A stretch of 63,066 bases of DNA, counting the filler, from Globobulimina sp. (taxonomy: Eukaryota): NCBI GenBank assembly GCA_003354225.1. It is 17 parts of 17 records of this genome, joined end to end, with 100 filler letters (N's around TTAATTAATTAA, not from the genome) between each part and the next. Parts side by side here need not be neighbours in the genome. Positions count along the whole stretch, not along the records: positions 48,317 to 51,929 come from PIVH01002402.1; positions 52,030 to 55,642 come from PIVH01002403.1; positions 55,743 to 59,354 come from PIVH01002404.1; positions 59,455 to 63,066 come from PIVH01002405.1; 13 more parts are not named here. The stretch is one strand, 5' to 3'. The first letter of the stretch is position 1, and the number at the start of each line of letters is the position of its first letter. The notes beneath the pieces were generated by a model. The model searched no databases, had not been told where the DNA came from, and saw nothing but the letters and a program-made list of their open reading frames with translations. Of this stretch, positions 49,109-61,149 are shown one piece after another. The position numbers and the translations under genes are program-made.

Positions 49109-50630
49109 TCAAAATGTTTTTGATCGTTGATATCTTTGACATGCCGTAAACCATTCAATACATATTTTACATCTTTTTTTCGAATCGTACTTGTTATTAA
49201 AATATTGGGTAATAAATTCTTGCTTTGTCGGGTCATCGCAATGTAGATCTAGAAAATGCGCATTATTGTTAATAGTTTGCACGACAATATTTTCAACTTT
49301 CTTCTTGTCGTACTTATAGAGCACATTTAATAGCTTTGCTAAATTATTGGCAATTTCATATCGAACCTGTCCCGATAATCCATATAAGATCTTAAAAATA
49401 ATCTGATTCGCAGTGGGTTGATTTTGGTTTTGGTTTTGATTCGCATTGCAATCAAACAACATTTTATCCACAATCTGCCGCGGGATGTTATAGACAAACT
49501 GCGTAAAAAACTGACAAATGGCATCATTCGATTTAATTTGGTCCAACAATAAGCCATACGTCGCTTTTTCGAAAAGCACAAATAAGAAATGCACGCCGTC
49601 CTTGTTCTGTGTCAACAATTGATTGGATTTCTTAATATATTGCACCAACAACTCATAGAAATCCTCCACGATATCTTGGTATTTGTTGAAAACCTCCTCG
49701 TCATTCTTCAAGATATTGAAGGTGCACTGCGATATTTTAATCAATGTATCGAGCAATTCCTTGGCGGCATACTCGTTCTTCTCAATGAACTCATCCACAT
49801 AAATCCAAATAATATACAAAAACGACGAGCGCTGCGACTTGGTGCAATATAACATCGTCATCAACTTCAAAGCCTCGATGCACAGCGACGACTGCATAAA
49901 GAACTGATAATTGCCGCAATTGTTGCGTATCACATGCTTGATGATTCGCGTCGTTTTCTCCATAATGCCGTCGTGCGCAGTGAACTTATTTAGTATCAGC
50001 TCCATGCTCGGCCACATATTCTCCAACAACTTGACATTCAGATCGCTGTTCTGCTTCTCCTCCGGCCGAAAATACTTGAATATGCACGAAATGCAATTCA
50101 TTCGGTCGTACAACGCCTCCTCGTCTTCCATCTCGACGTAGCTGTCCAATAACTTGCACTGTTTGTCCAGCAGCTTATTGATGCCCTGTTTCATGTCATT
50201 CTCATTCTGAAACGTGCAGATTAAACACGTTATGCCTTCCAGCAAAACCAGCTCGTCTTTGACGTGCAAGCTGTTATTGGCATAGATATTGAACAGAGCA
50301 ATGATGAAGGAACCGGAGAAGATGTCCGCTTCGAAGCGCGTGCAAATCTCACGGATGGCACGAACGCATTCGCGCGGCACTAACAACAGGTTATTGAAGA
50401 TGTACTGGTACAGATATTCGAACATTGGCGCGTCGAACGTAGGGTGGATGAAATTGCAGTGCACGTTGACCAACTGGATGCACATGGAATTGACAATCAT
50501 TTCATTCGGCAATGCCGGCAATAACTTGAATATTTTATACAAAGGATGGCTTTCCTTCTCCTCGGCCATTGGCAGAGCTTTGTACGTATTGCGGATACAA
50601 AACAGAATGGCTTCGCAGCGGTAACATTTG
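49109..50630 (-). CDS. Importin-beta family (transportin-3/Mtr10-like) HEAT protein, C-terminal half
   Basis: YRCEAILFCI upstream in frame, then LENMWPSMELILNKF...MEKTTRIIKHVIR, SSFLY and FNKYQDIVEDFYEL. Confidence 0.7.
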
Positions 50631-52029
50631 CGATTTATAGCGCCAGCTTTTCATATCTGACGAACTGTAGACTGAGATCGCGGGATATTCATATTTGTAT
50701 TGCCGTCTTAATTCATTGTGCTCATTGTCTGTCATTTTGCGAATTGGCGAAATGCTTTTTGTGTTTGTATGGCTGATTGGTTGATATTGCAAATATTGCT
50801 TTTGCTTTCAAACTAGTTTGTACGATGCGAGCTGGATTCAATTGCCACAAACCTTGACACAAACAAATGTTAAACGCTACAATGTTTTAAAAAATACCTG
50901 CTGCCATGATAAAGATGAGAAAAACTACTGCCGCACTGAAAACTACTTAATTTAATTTAGTTTAGTTAGGAAATGAAGGAGACAAAAACTACCAAGAAGA
51001 CAAAAACTGATCTGGGTATTTCTTATTTGCTATTAACACCAATTCCGCCTCAATTCAATTAATTATAATCTGTATATTTTTTATTTAAAATTCAAACAAT
51101 TAATTAGTGTAAATAGAATATATTTGATTTCAACTGATCGATCTGGATATTTCTTAATTATTTGCCACATCTGTATATTTGAAATAGAAAAAATGAGTGT
51201 GAATTTAATTCAAAAAATTCTACATAACCCGAAATGGACAAAATCAACAAAAAAGCGAGCAATCTGCTACATCCACAACATAGGCAGCGCTTGGCCGTAA
51301 ATAATGCTGGACCTATTTTAGGAGTTGACCAATGGACGTATTGGATCGCGACAGGTGGGCCAACAACGTTGCTTCCTCCATAGCTGCTCGCTTTTTGTCT
51401 CTTTTGGTTTTCTTTTTACCCCATATAATCCATAATTTCTATTTTCTATTTTCTATAGGCAAATTAGATTAGACTTTGATGACTGGACATTTGAGATAGC
51501 AAAATGGCATGGTCACAGAAGAAAAAAGTAGAAAAGTTTTTTTTTTATGGAACAGATCTGAATCCAGTAATTCACCATTCACAAACTTAAAAATTAATTC
51601 GTAATTATTCCCGTACTCCATTAAAATTAGATTAAACAGAACTTATTAAAGTCCCAACACCTATCCATAGAAACAAGCATTTAATAAATGAATTGAAATG
51701 GTACAGAACAAAAAATTGGATAAAGATCAACAAAAATGCTGTATTTATCTAGGGAAATTGCAAAAGGAAATTAAAACGTGCAACATTATGCGCAGTATTT
51801 TTATTCTGTTCATTCTTACACCAGTTTATGTGTTATATGACCCCACCACCCACACCACACCACGCACCACACCACAGCACCCCCGCTCCACACCACCACC
51901 TCTCCTCCCTCCCAAAGCCCCCTCGCCACNNNNNNNNNNNNNNNNNNNNNNNNNNNNNNNNNNNNNNNNNNNNTTAATTAATTAANNNNNNNNNNNNNNN
52001 NNNNNNNNNNNNNNNNNNNNNNNNNNNNN

Positions 52030-52175
52030 GCGGATAGTGCGGTTTGATGCAACAATGTGAAATATAATAAAATGGAAATGATTGCAATTGCAAATGATGG
52101 CATTATCCACCATTCGTACCATTTGTTCTTGGATTTCTTTTTCTTTTTGGATTTCTTCTTGTGTTTCTTTGGCAT
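52030..52175 (-). CDS. N-terminus of a type II membrane protein (truncated by contig end)
   Basis: Polybasic start MPKKHKKKSKKKKK followed by a TM helix. Confidence 0.5.
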
Positions 52176-52213
52176 TATTATACAACTCAGGTTTTTTTAA
52201 GTAAGTAAAATAT

Positions 52214-55200
52214 ATGGACGCGTTCACTGAGGAATGAATATTTTGATACAATACTCAAACAATTAAATGATAAAAAATATGAATTACAATCCTCACTGCA
52301 ACAATTTGAGAACAGCCGTATAAATCCGTTGTATAAACAACTTGAGGATGTTGACCATGTTTTGCATTCATACAATAATGTAAAACGTAATGTGCTTCAA
52401 CAAATCACAAGCGATAAAAATGAGAATGAGGATGAGGACGATGAAGAGATGAAAGATGGAGAAATAATAAGTGATATCAGTCATACTTTAAGTAAACATA
52501 AATCCTTTCGACAACCAAAATTATCCACCATTCCATACTTTGATAAGAATGAAGAAATCGTAAATTATGTACATTGTATAGCCAAATCTGGAGATATTTA
52601 TGAAGAAAAATTAAAGAAAAAACGGTTTGTTCACAATGAATATACCAAATATAATGATGATGTTATGCAAGAAATGGAGAACGAGAGAAACGAGAAAGCA
52701 TTGACAGAGTTGGAGTTATTACACGATATTATTTATATCCATTGTACACTAAATAAGATATATACGGAATGCCAGAAATATGACGCATTGATTCAAGTCG
52801 ATTTACACCCAAAATTGCCCCTATTTATGCATCATTTGTTAGTCGAAGAGGATGAGGATGAGGATGCGGGCAAATATGCACTGAGATCATTGATTGAGAA
52901 AAGCAAAGAATATGAGAATGAGGATAATTATTTGGTGCATGGCTTGGAATATTGTGTTTTATATCGAATTATCGAATTATCCAATCATTACAATGCGTTC
53001 TCAATGCATTCAAACGACGCTGTCATAGTTAAACAAGAAAAAGAATTGCAATATTTTGTGGATTGGATAATTCCTAAATTAATTACAAAAAATAAACGAG
53101 ATTTGTCGCGTCGTAATTTATGGAATGAAATTAATACCGTTCATGGTCATTGTATGAGGGATATTTTTAAAGCAATATCTTTTCATTCTGGTAAGAATGC
53201 ATTTGTTTTGTGGTTTAAGTTCTTATTAACAAATCTTTACAATAATAATACTGCGTTGCTGCAGATTGATATATTGAACGAATTGTGGTTTTACGACATT
53301 TGCAATGTTCATAACATAATAACCAATCAAATAATAAATATATTTCATAATGATTTAAATAATTTGATCCAATCTATAAATTATAAATCGTGCAAGCATT
53401 GGTTACAAGATATTGACGATGTTATTTATAAATTAATTTTATCGAAAACGTTTGATTTCAATGAAATAAAATCAACACAAACTATTAAACGCATTAAATC
53501 AAAGGGCAATTTTAAGAAAATACAAGGCATTTTATTGCAAAATATTTGCGCAATGTTGCCTCGATGGTGTTTCTTGTTTGATTTTATTCAGAAAATGCCG
53601 CATAAACAGAACCAAACATATCCGTATACGCAACAAATATTTTATTTAAGTTTAATATTCGATTTTATGTTAATCAGACCATTGATAGCTGTGATTGAGG
53701 ATGGCGATGATGGGAATGATGGAAATATTGCAAAATTTAAGCAATTTATAGATTCATTATATTCAATGTTTCAGCAAATTATTAAAAATTATAAGATTGA
53801 ACAAAATAAGATGGCATTTATTGCGGATTTGATGCAATTGCCAGAAACTACAAACAAATCCATTCCAAAACAAATGGAAGAATCCATATTCAAATTGCTA
53901 TATATTTCCGAGAAACAATTTTTATCAACATTTGAACAGCCAAACTTGGAAAAGGTTGGATATGAGCAAACAAAGAATAATTCAGATAACGAATGGAATA
54001 AAATAACAAAAAAAACAGTAAACAATTCAGCATTGCATTATACATTGAAAACATTACAAAGCAAGAAACGGAGATCATTGTCAATGATACAAAAATTAAT
54101 TATTACCAATTGCAACGATGATGAGAATAGGAATGAATTTGATATTAAATTATTGAAACATTTATTATGTGCACATTCTGAATATATTCAATCGCTGTCG
54201 GAGTTTATATTTAATGTCAAATTTAGATTTGATTTAAACGAAAAACAGATGGATTTATGGAAAAATAAGCAATGTACATTACACATTCCACCGCAAAGCT
54301 TAATGTTAATGAATGATTCATTGATGTTATTAAACAAAATCGTATCACCCACTAATATGTGCGATGAATTTATCAGCATTTTTCGGTCAATTTGTATTAT
54401 TTTACATATTTCGCGACAAGCAATGAGCGAATCGTATGAAATTAATCAAGAATATACTTGGAATAATTGGGACAACCAATCATTTGACAACAATCTCGAT
54501 ATTTTATTAAAATTTATAAAGGTGAAATTATCACAAAAAGCAACAATTAATTATGCAAAATGCCTTCATTCGTTATCTCATTCAATTCCGAGTTTAAAAT
54601 CAAAGGAAAATGAAAAGCATTTATTATATCAACAAATCACTGATATTTCATTTCGAGTTTTACCAATTTATTCAGATTCAGATTCAAATCATTTTGAAAT
54701 CTGTAAAATTTTGATTGACTGCATTTTAAATTGTTGCATCAACGACGAACAAATTATTCATTATTTACTGACAAAGATTCAAAACGAATTAAAATTGTAT
54801 GGCAAAATAGATGGTAATAATTATAAAAATATTCTATCAATGTTGAAAATGATGCAATTATTTTACAAAAATATTGACAAAATATACCAGACATCAACCT
54901 TTTGTCTAAAAATAAATAAGGACATTTTAGTGCGAATTACAGACATTAACTGCCTCATTGATAAAAGAGAAGAAATATATTGCAATGTTATTGATTGTTT
55001 GAATGCACTCTTTCAACAAAATATGTTTTATTTAAAACGCAAAGATATCCGTACAACGTTACAATGCATTTCGCGAATTATTAAATCATTTGGATCTGAG
55101 ATTTCATTTTTTTTATTTAGTAAAATATCGCAGATGTTAATTAGTATCGTATTTAAATATAAACAGTGCATTTCCCACATATCTGCTCATTATTTTTTAT

Positions 55201-55623
55201 TATTGAAGCAAATGATAAATATCACATTCCATCACATTCGATTTCAAAATGATGTATTATTTGTGGAGGAATGTTCGAGGATGCTATGTATTGTGATGAC
55301 GAAACCTAAAAAAGAGGATATGGAGATTGAGTATGATGAGGATGTGGAGAGAGAGCATACATATTTACGCATTGATGAATTATTACGGAATAAACATGTC
55401 TTAATTTGTAAAATTTATCAATGCCTTTCCAGTGCAAAGCGTCGCAAAAAGAATATTAATGCCTGCAATATTTGCAATTATCGATAATTTAATGTTTATG
55501 AATGTAAAACGAACTGGAAATTGTATGGAGCAAATATTGTTTGCATTGCCCAATAAATTAAAACAAACATTAAAAGATATTTATTCAAAATACCATCAAA
55601 CTAAACTTTCTCGCAAAAGATAG
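52214..55623 (+). CDS. URB2/Npa2-like nucleolar pre-ribosomal protein (apparent frameshifts near 52232 and 55403)
   Basis: Large helical protein. The C-terminus in the shifted frame (ILMPAIFAIIDNL...QILFALPNKLKQTLKDIYSKY) matches the Urb2 C-terminal pattern. Confidence 0.65.
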
Positions 55624-56082
55624 TACGTTGAACTTTAATTTANNNNNNNNNNNNNNNNNNNNNNNNNNNNNNNNNNNNNNNNNNNNTTAATTAATTAANN
55701 NNNNNNNNNNNNNNNNNNNNNNNNNNNNNNNNNNNNNNNNNNATATTGTTAAAAAAAGGAAGAATTGTTCGGCTAGTATTATATGTGAAATATTTCGTGC
55801 TCAAAAACGTTATATGGAGGAGTTTGGAAAAGGGAAAGATTTCTCTGTGGCTGATGTGCAAAGATTATTAATAATATTATTATCTAAGCAAATATTAAAA
55901 GACGAAATGATTCTGTCCACTTTTGTGATGGATTTGGGACCAAAATATTGTGATTTTGAATTGGGTAAAACCAAGTTATATTTGACAAAAACCAATAGCT
56001 GTAAAATTTAATTTTTCTTTTCTACAGTTCACGTTTTGTATATATTTGATAGTTTCCAAAAAACTAACTCAAGTGCTCGACA

Positions 56083-58011
56083 ATGTCAACCGCTTTATTA
56101 CTTTTGCTATGCACAATCAAATTAGCAGCACCAGTATTAAGTAGTAATGCAGCAAGTCATCCCAATATAATGTTTATTTTAACAGATGATTGGGGAATGA
56201 ATGATGTCGGTTGGACTAACGACAACACAAAGATACAAACACCATTTCTAAACAATTTAGCAACCACTGAATCTTTAATATTATCCAATTATTATACCCA
56301 ACGTGTGTGCACAGCCTCGCGCGCAGCATTCCTAACCGGTCGCTATCCGTCAAAACTAGGCTTGCAAGCTGGCGTATTGCACCAAAACCAGCCCTTCTCA
56401 TTAACTCGCCAAGTCTCAATGTTATCAAATGAGTTGCAATCCGCTGGCTATTCCACTCACATCATCGGCAAATGGCATTTGGGCTATCAATCCTATGAAT
56501 ACACGCCAACATATCGCGGATTTGATACATTTTATGGTTATTATAATGGAGCTTCGTCCTATTTCACGCACAAATCCTCCATTCATTATGATCTCGATAC
56601 TGGTCCACCATTAGCTGCCTATGACTTATTCATCAATGACGGCCCCGCCGTTCAGAATCCATACAACAATATTTACGGAGTGTGGTGGCAACGCGACGAA
56701 GCTATCAAATTACTTAAATATTACGCCACTGCAGACAATAAAAATAAACCACCATTTTTCTTTTATTTTGCATTGCAAGCAAGCCATAACCCGAGGGAGG
56801 CACCGATTGAATACGTTGAAATGTATGACAGCAATGATGGTTACGACAGGAATACATTTGCAGCGCAAACCAGCACAGTCGACGATGCTTTGAAAGATAT
56901 TATTTCGTATATGAAAGATAGTGAGTTATGGGAGTCCACTTTGGTAATATTTGCATCCGATAACGGCGGACAAAAAGGTATCGGCGACAATGCGCCGTAT
57001 CGCGGCTATAAGAATACATCGTGGCAAGGCGGGGTAAAAGTGCCTGGATTTGTGACTGGCGGCGTGTTGAATGATGACAGAAAAGGTGTGACATTGGAAT
57101 ATAATATGCATATAACGGATTGGTACAAAACTCTGTTGTCTGCGGCCCGCGTTGAGATTAAATATATTCGTTCGAGGAAAACGTTGTTATCACAGCAGGA
57201 GAATGATAATAAATGGATGGATACCGATGAGTTGGCCTTGGATGGTATGGATTTGTGGCAATATATACAGAATAATGATGTGGTGGAAGGAGAGAGGGAG
57301 ATATTGTTGGATTTGAATGAGGTTTGGTGCCCGTATTCAAGTTGTGGGGCACTGCTAATTGGTGATTATAAATATATTCGCGGAGAGAATATCGCATCGC
57401 TTTTACCTGACTATGATGGGAATGATTGGGACCGCTTATTTGCTGAAAATGAAGAGCAGTCAGAAAGTTTTTGTGTGGAAAAGAAAGCTTTGTTTAACCA
57501 ATATCATCAGACTCAGTGGGAATGGGTAAACAGTGTCAGTTGTGTTGGTACAGAACGTGGCTGTTTGTTCCATTTGAAATATGATCCGTGCGAATATTAT
57601 GATTTAGCTGCAGTTTATCCAGATTTAGTGGAGAGATTTCAGACTCGATTGGATGGATATCAGTCGGAGGCAGCACATGTGTTAATGGGTGAGGATAACG
57701 AACAGGATTTGGTTGTTAAAGAGGTTATAGATCCAAGTCTTGTTTGTTCTGATCCAATGTATTGGTGTCCGTATCAAACATATGAGTCTGTGACATGGGA
57801 ATATGAGTTATTTGAAAATAAAAATGAAGGGAAACAAGATAAAACTAAAAAGAAAGAGGATGTGATTATTATTAATAATGGATTATATTTGTGTTTATGG
57901 GTTGCAATGTTTTGCGGTTTATTGTTTGTTTGTAGACATCAACAAAATAAGAAATATGGACATTTTGCCAATCAAAGTAATAATGAATTGCAACCATTAA
58001 TTGTGCATTAA
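56083..58011 (+). CDS. Arylsulfatase (ARSB/I/J-like, family S1) with C-terminal TM anchor
   Basis: Signal peptide and motifs PNIMFILTDDWG, CTASRAAFLTGRYP, GYSTHIIGKWHLG, PTYRGFDTFYGY, IFASDNGG, PYRGYKNTSWQGG and LFHLKYDPCEYYDLA. Confidence 0.95.
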   Translation: MSTALLLLLCTIKLAAPVLSSNAASHPNIMFILTDDWGMNDVGWTNDNTKIQTPFLNNLATTESLILSNYYTQRVCTASRAAFLTGRYPSKLGLQAGVLHQNQPFSLTRQVSMLSNELQSAGYSTHIIGKWHLGYQSYEYTPTYRGFDTFYGYYNGASSYFTHKSSIHYDLDTGPPLAAYDLFINDGPAVQNPYNNIYGVWWQRDEAIKLLKYYATADNKNKPPFFFYFALQASHNPREAPIEYVEMYDSNDGYDRNTFAAQTSTVDDALKDIISYMKDSELWESTLVIFASDNGGQKGIGDNAPYRGYKNTSWQGGVKVPGFVTGGVLNDDRKGVTLEYNMHITDWYKTLLSAARVEIKYIRSRKTLLSQQENDNKWMDTDELALDGMDLWQYIQNNDVVEGEREILLDLNEVWCPYSSCGALLIGDYKYIRGENIASLLPDYDGNDWDRLFAENEEQSESFCVEKKALFNQYHQTQWEWVNSVSCVGTERGCLFHLKYDPCEYYDLAAVYPDLVERFQTRLDGYQSEAAHVLMGEDNEQDLVVKEVIDPSLVCSDPMYWCPYQTYESVTWEYELFENKNEGKQDKTKKKEDVIIINNGLYLCLWVAMFCGLLFVCRHQQNKKYGHFANQSNNELQPLIVH

Positions 58012-58205
58012 GCTTGTAATTATTATTTTTTATACTATTGACGATGTTGATTTTTTTTTTGTTTGAAGATCTCAATTATAATTTTATTAATTTGTGAACA
58101 TGCTCCACAGAGAATATATCGCTGTGTCGTTTTGATAACATCCTCACATTTGTTTTTCGTGGTTTTTAGCCTTTTGTTCTATTAAACAATTAATTAATTG
58201 AGAGT

Positions 58206-59123
58206 ATGTCGTGGAAAAAGAAATGTGGATCTAAAGTGATGGGTGTATGTGCGAAAGAAATGCAAATATGTAAATGTCCAGAGCCACAATTCCTTTGTCC
58301 GGATTGTCACCAAGTTGATGCTGGAGGTTATTTGGTGCGGATAGATTCAAAACCAGAATATGATGGTGATTCGAGACCATGTACTTGGAAAGGAAAAAAA
58401 ATGTCATATGCTGCACATAATAAACAATATCATGCATCAACAAAAAACAATAATCATTTGATTGGATTCAAAAAACCAGATAGCGGACATATTCATAAAC
58501 AATGTATAAACAGGCTAAGAGCTGGAAAAAAAAGAAAACGTACGCGTCGAAACAGAAGAAGAGGTCGAAACAAAGGAAGAGGTAAACAGAATTATAACGA
58601 TACGGAATGGATATTGATATCTTTCAAAGGTGTGCATATTAAATGGTATCGGTGGAACAATAAATGTGATGATTATATTCATATTAAGAATTTAAGTTTT
58701 TATTTGAAACGCGTAGTGGATGCATATTATTCATATAAAAATGATAGAAATGGCGATTGTATTAAGCTTGGTACTTATTCAAGAATATTTTGTGAATACG
58801 CATGTAAATTTTTATTAAAAAATGATTATTCCGATTTGTCATTGGAAGAAAAAATTGAAAGAGTTAATAAAACATATTTTGATAAATCGTTTCCACTCCG
58901 TCAGGTTCAATGGGTACGAGAAAAGACGAATATATTTGTTTATTCCGTAGAATATGGAACTGTCGTAAAGGACGGATATTTATCAAAAAAAGAGTGTGAT
59001 CAAATGGTGATAAGTATTGGCGAATTGGTTCAATGGATCGAAGTCTATTTTGAAGCACTCAATACAACTAAAAAGAACAAATATGCAATATTATATTGCA
59101 GATCATTCATCAATGAACATTAA
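58206..59123 (+). CDS. Hypothetical basic protein with Cys/His-rich N-terminus
   Basis: 305-aa intronless ORF with CKC..CPDCH...CTWKG..HNKQYH..HIHKQC and an R/K-rich NLS. Confidence 0.6.
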   Translation: MSWKKKCGSKVMGVCAKEMQICKCPEPQFLCPDCHQVDAGGYLVRIDSKPEYDGDSRPCTWKGKKMSYAAHNKQYHASTKNNNHLIGFKKPDSGHIHKQCINRLRAGKKRKRTRRNRRRGRNKGRGKQNYNDTEWILISFKGVHIKWYRWNNKCDDYIHIKNLSFYLKRVVDAYYSYKNDRNGDCIKLGTYSRIFCEYACKFLLKNDYSDLSLEEKIERVNKTYFDKSFPLRQVQWVREKTNIFVYSVEYGTVVKDGYLSKKECDQMVISIGELVQWIEVYFEALNTTKKNKYAILYCRSFINEH

Positions 59124-59455
59124 AACAATTATATGGCACTAATATCACATTGGAGAAGGTCAATCATTATTTATATTTGTATACTTTAATTGTTTATTGT
59201 TTACGGTTTATTGTTCACTGTTTATGTGCACACCTATTAAATCCCCATATCCTAAATCCTCATGTCCTAAACCATCATCTCCACTTTGCACATCTCCAGA
59301 TGCAAAATTATTCAATGTCCCCATAACCAATCTATTTCCCCATAGTTTATCTTTNNNNNNNNNNNNNNNNNNNNNNNNNNNNNNNNNNNNNNNNNNNNTT
59401 AATTAATTAANNNNNNNNNNNNNNNNNNNNNNNNNNNNNNNNNNNNNNNNNNNNT

Positions 59456-61031
59456 TATCCGCTTCAAAGAAACCAAGAACAGTTTCAACGTCAATTTTCC
59501 AATGTTTGCCATCACTTTTATTAAACACATGTATATCATTGGTCATACTCCACAATAATATCAAATAAATAACATCATTCCCAATACTTTTATCAAATTC
59601 CTGCCGCACATATCCCCTCAACAAAATCTCATATTTTCCTGAATTATCCATTAACATCGCGTTTATTCCACCAGCACCACCAACAAAAGGCATCTCCTTT
59701 GGACTTTTTTTACTTTCCATCGTATCCACATCAAATATCAATATATCTTTGGAACCACCAAACAGAACAATATATTTTCCATCATTTGTTATAATCCATG
59801 CAAAATTAGCCATTGCGTGTGGCAAATTACCACGTTTAATCCATAAATGTTCATCAAATAAATACTCCCAAATATCACTAGTTGTTCTTGAATGACGCCC
59901 GCCGGCATCATTTCCACCAAACAATAATAATCTGTTACTTCTTTCAAGATACACGACACCAAAATAACTCATCTTTCTTTTGTTAATATCTCCAAAGCCT
60001 TCCACACATTTTAATGACTTAACAAAGGGATTCCATAATAAATGAAAGTGATCGCCACCAAATATATGCACTCGAGAGTCCACCAATAATGACACTGGTT
60101 TATCCCCCGCGGATTTCAAATCTTTTCGTATATCAAACTTTTTATTTTGCATATTAATCTCTGCCATTTTGCCAGCATTCCTTGCCTTATTTTATGCATA
60201 TAAATCATTGTCAAGCTCAAATAACGCAAATGTTGTAAAAACTGCAACAAAAAATACCTTGCTAAACATATATAATATCTGTTTATCTCTATCCATGGCC
60301 AAAGTGCATTTATCAAACATTTTTGCTTTTGCAGCATATGCTGATTTATTATCATACGGTCCCTTGTAACCTGTGGGATATTTGATATATAATCTCCAGC
60401 CTTTGCGGTTATATTTATATATTCCTTTGTTAGTCGCCAACACAAATTCAGATAAATTAATTTGCACTGCGTTGGAAAAGTTAGTGCTTGGCACATTCTT
60501 CAATTTGACCCATCCTCTTTCACTTTTTAATGTTATCCTATCACTGCTTGCTTTTTTCGACACTTTTTGCTGTTTTTTAGATATTGTTTTATTTGTTTTT
60601 TGTTTCTGTGCGGTACTGTTTGCTCTGTGTTTACTATTATAGCATTTATTGCATTTATTATAATTACAAATACGACATCTTCTCATTTGTTGGCTGGAAA
60701 CGGGTTTAATTCCACACTGTGAACACGTATCGATATTGGATGCATCAAACAATTGTAATAAGTGCATGTTTGGACATCGCGATGCTGGACCAGTTGCTTT
60801 ATACTCTGCGATACGTTTCTCTTTCTGTGAGATTTTATTGTTTATTGTGTTTTGTTCAGATTGTAATGAATCTAAATTGTTGGTTAAATTCAAAATGCTG
60901 TCTTTCATATTCATCATTTGGTCATCTAGCTTTTGGATTTGGTCATCTTTGTCTTTGGTAGTTTTAGTATTATTTTCAATGGTTTCTTGCAATGTTTTTA
61001 ATTGATTTTTTAAATCTTCATTCTCTGACAT
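59456..61031 (-). CDS. Coiled-coil + zinc finger + Kelch-repeat protein (intron ~60187-60257)
   Basis: Coiled coil, CPNMHLL..CSQC..CRICNYNKCNKC finger, and Kelch motifs VHIFGG, LLLFGG..IWEY..W and YIVLFGG. An in-frame GT-AG intron joins the two ORFs. Confidence 0.85.
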
Positions 61032-61149
61032 GATTGCATCGGCTTCAGGTGATTTATTATTACTTTTACCTTCAATATACGAATGGAGGTTGATTTATAT
61101 TCAATATGAGTTTAAAGAGTACCTAAAGACAGCATGGTCAAAACAAAAA

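Noticed and set aside
51698-51929. ORF ending in a Pro/Thr/His-rich tract
   Set aside because: It derives from a C/A-rich low-complexity contig end and runs into the linker.
3621-59454. Regularly spaced TTAATTAATTAA motif every ~3.7 kb, resembling a periodic element or nanochromosome boundary
   Set aside because: It is embedded in N runs and identical each time. It is an artificial all-frame-stop linker between size-sorted contigs, so cross-contig gene clusters are not real.
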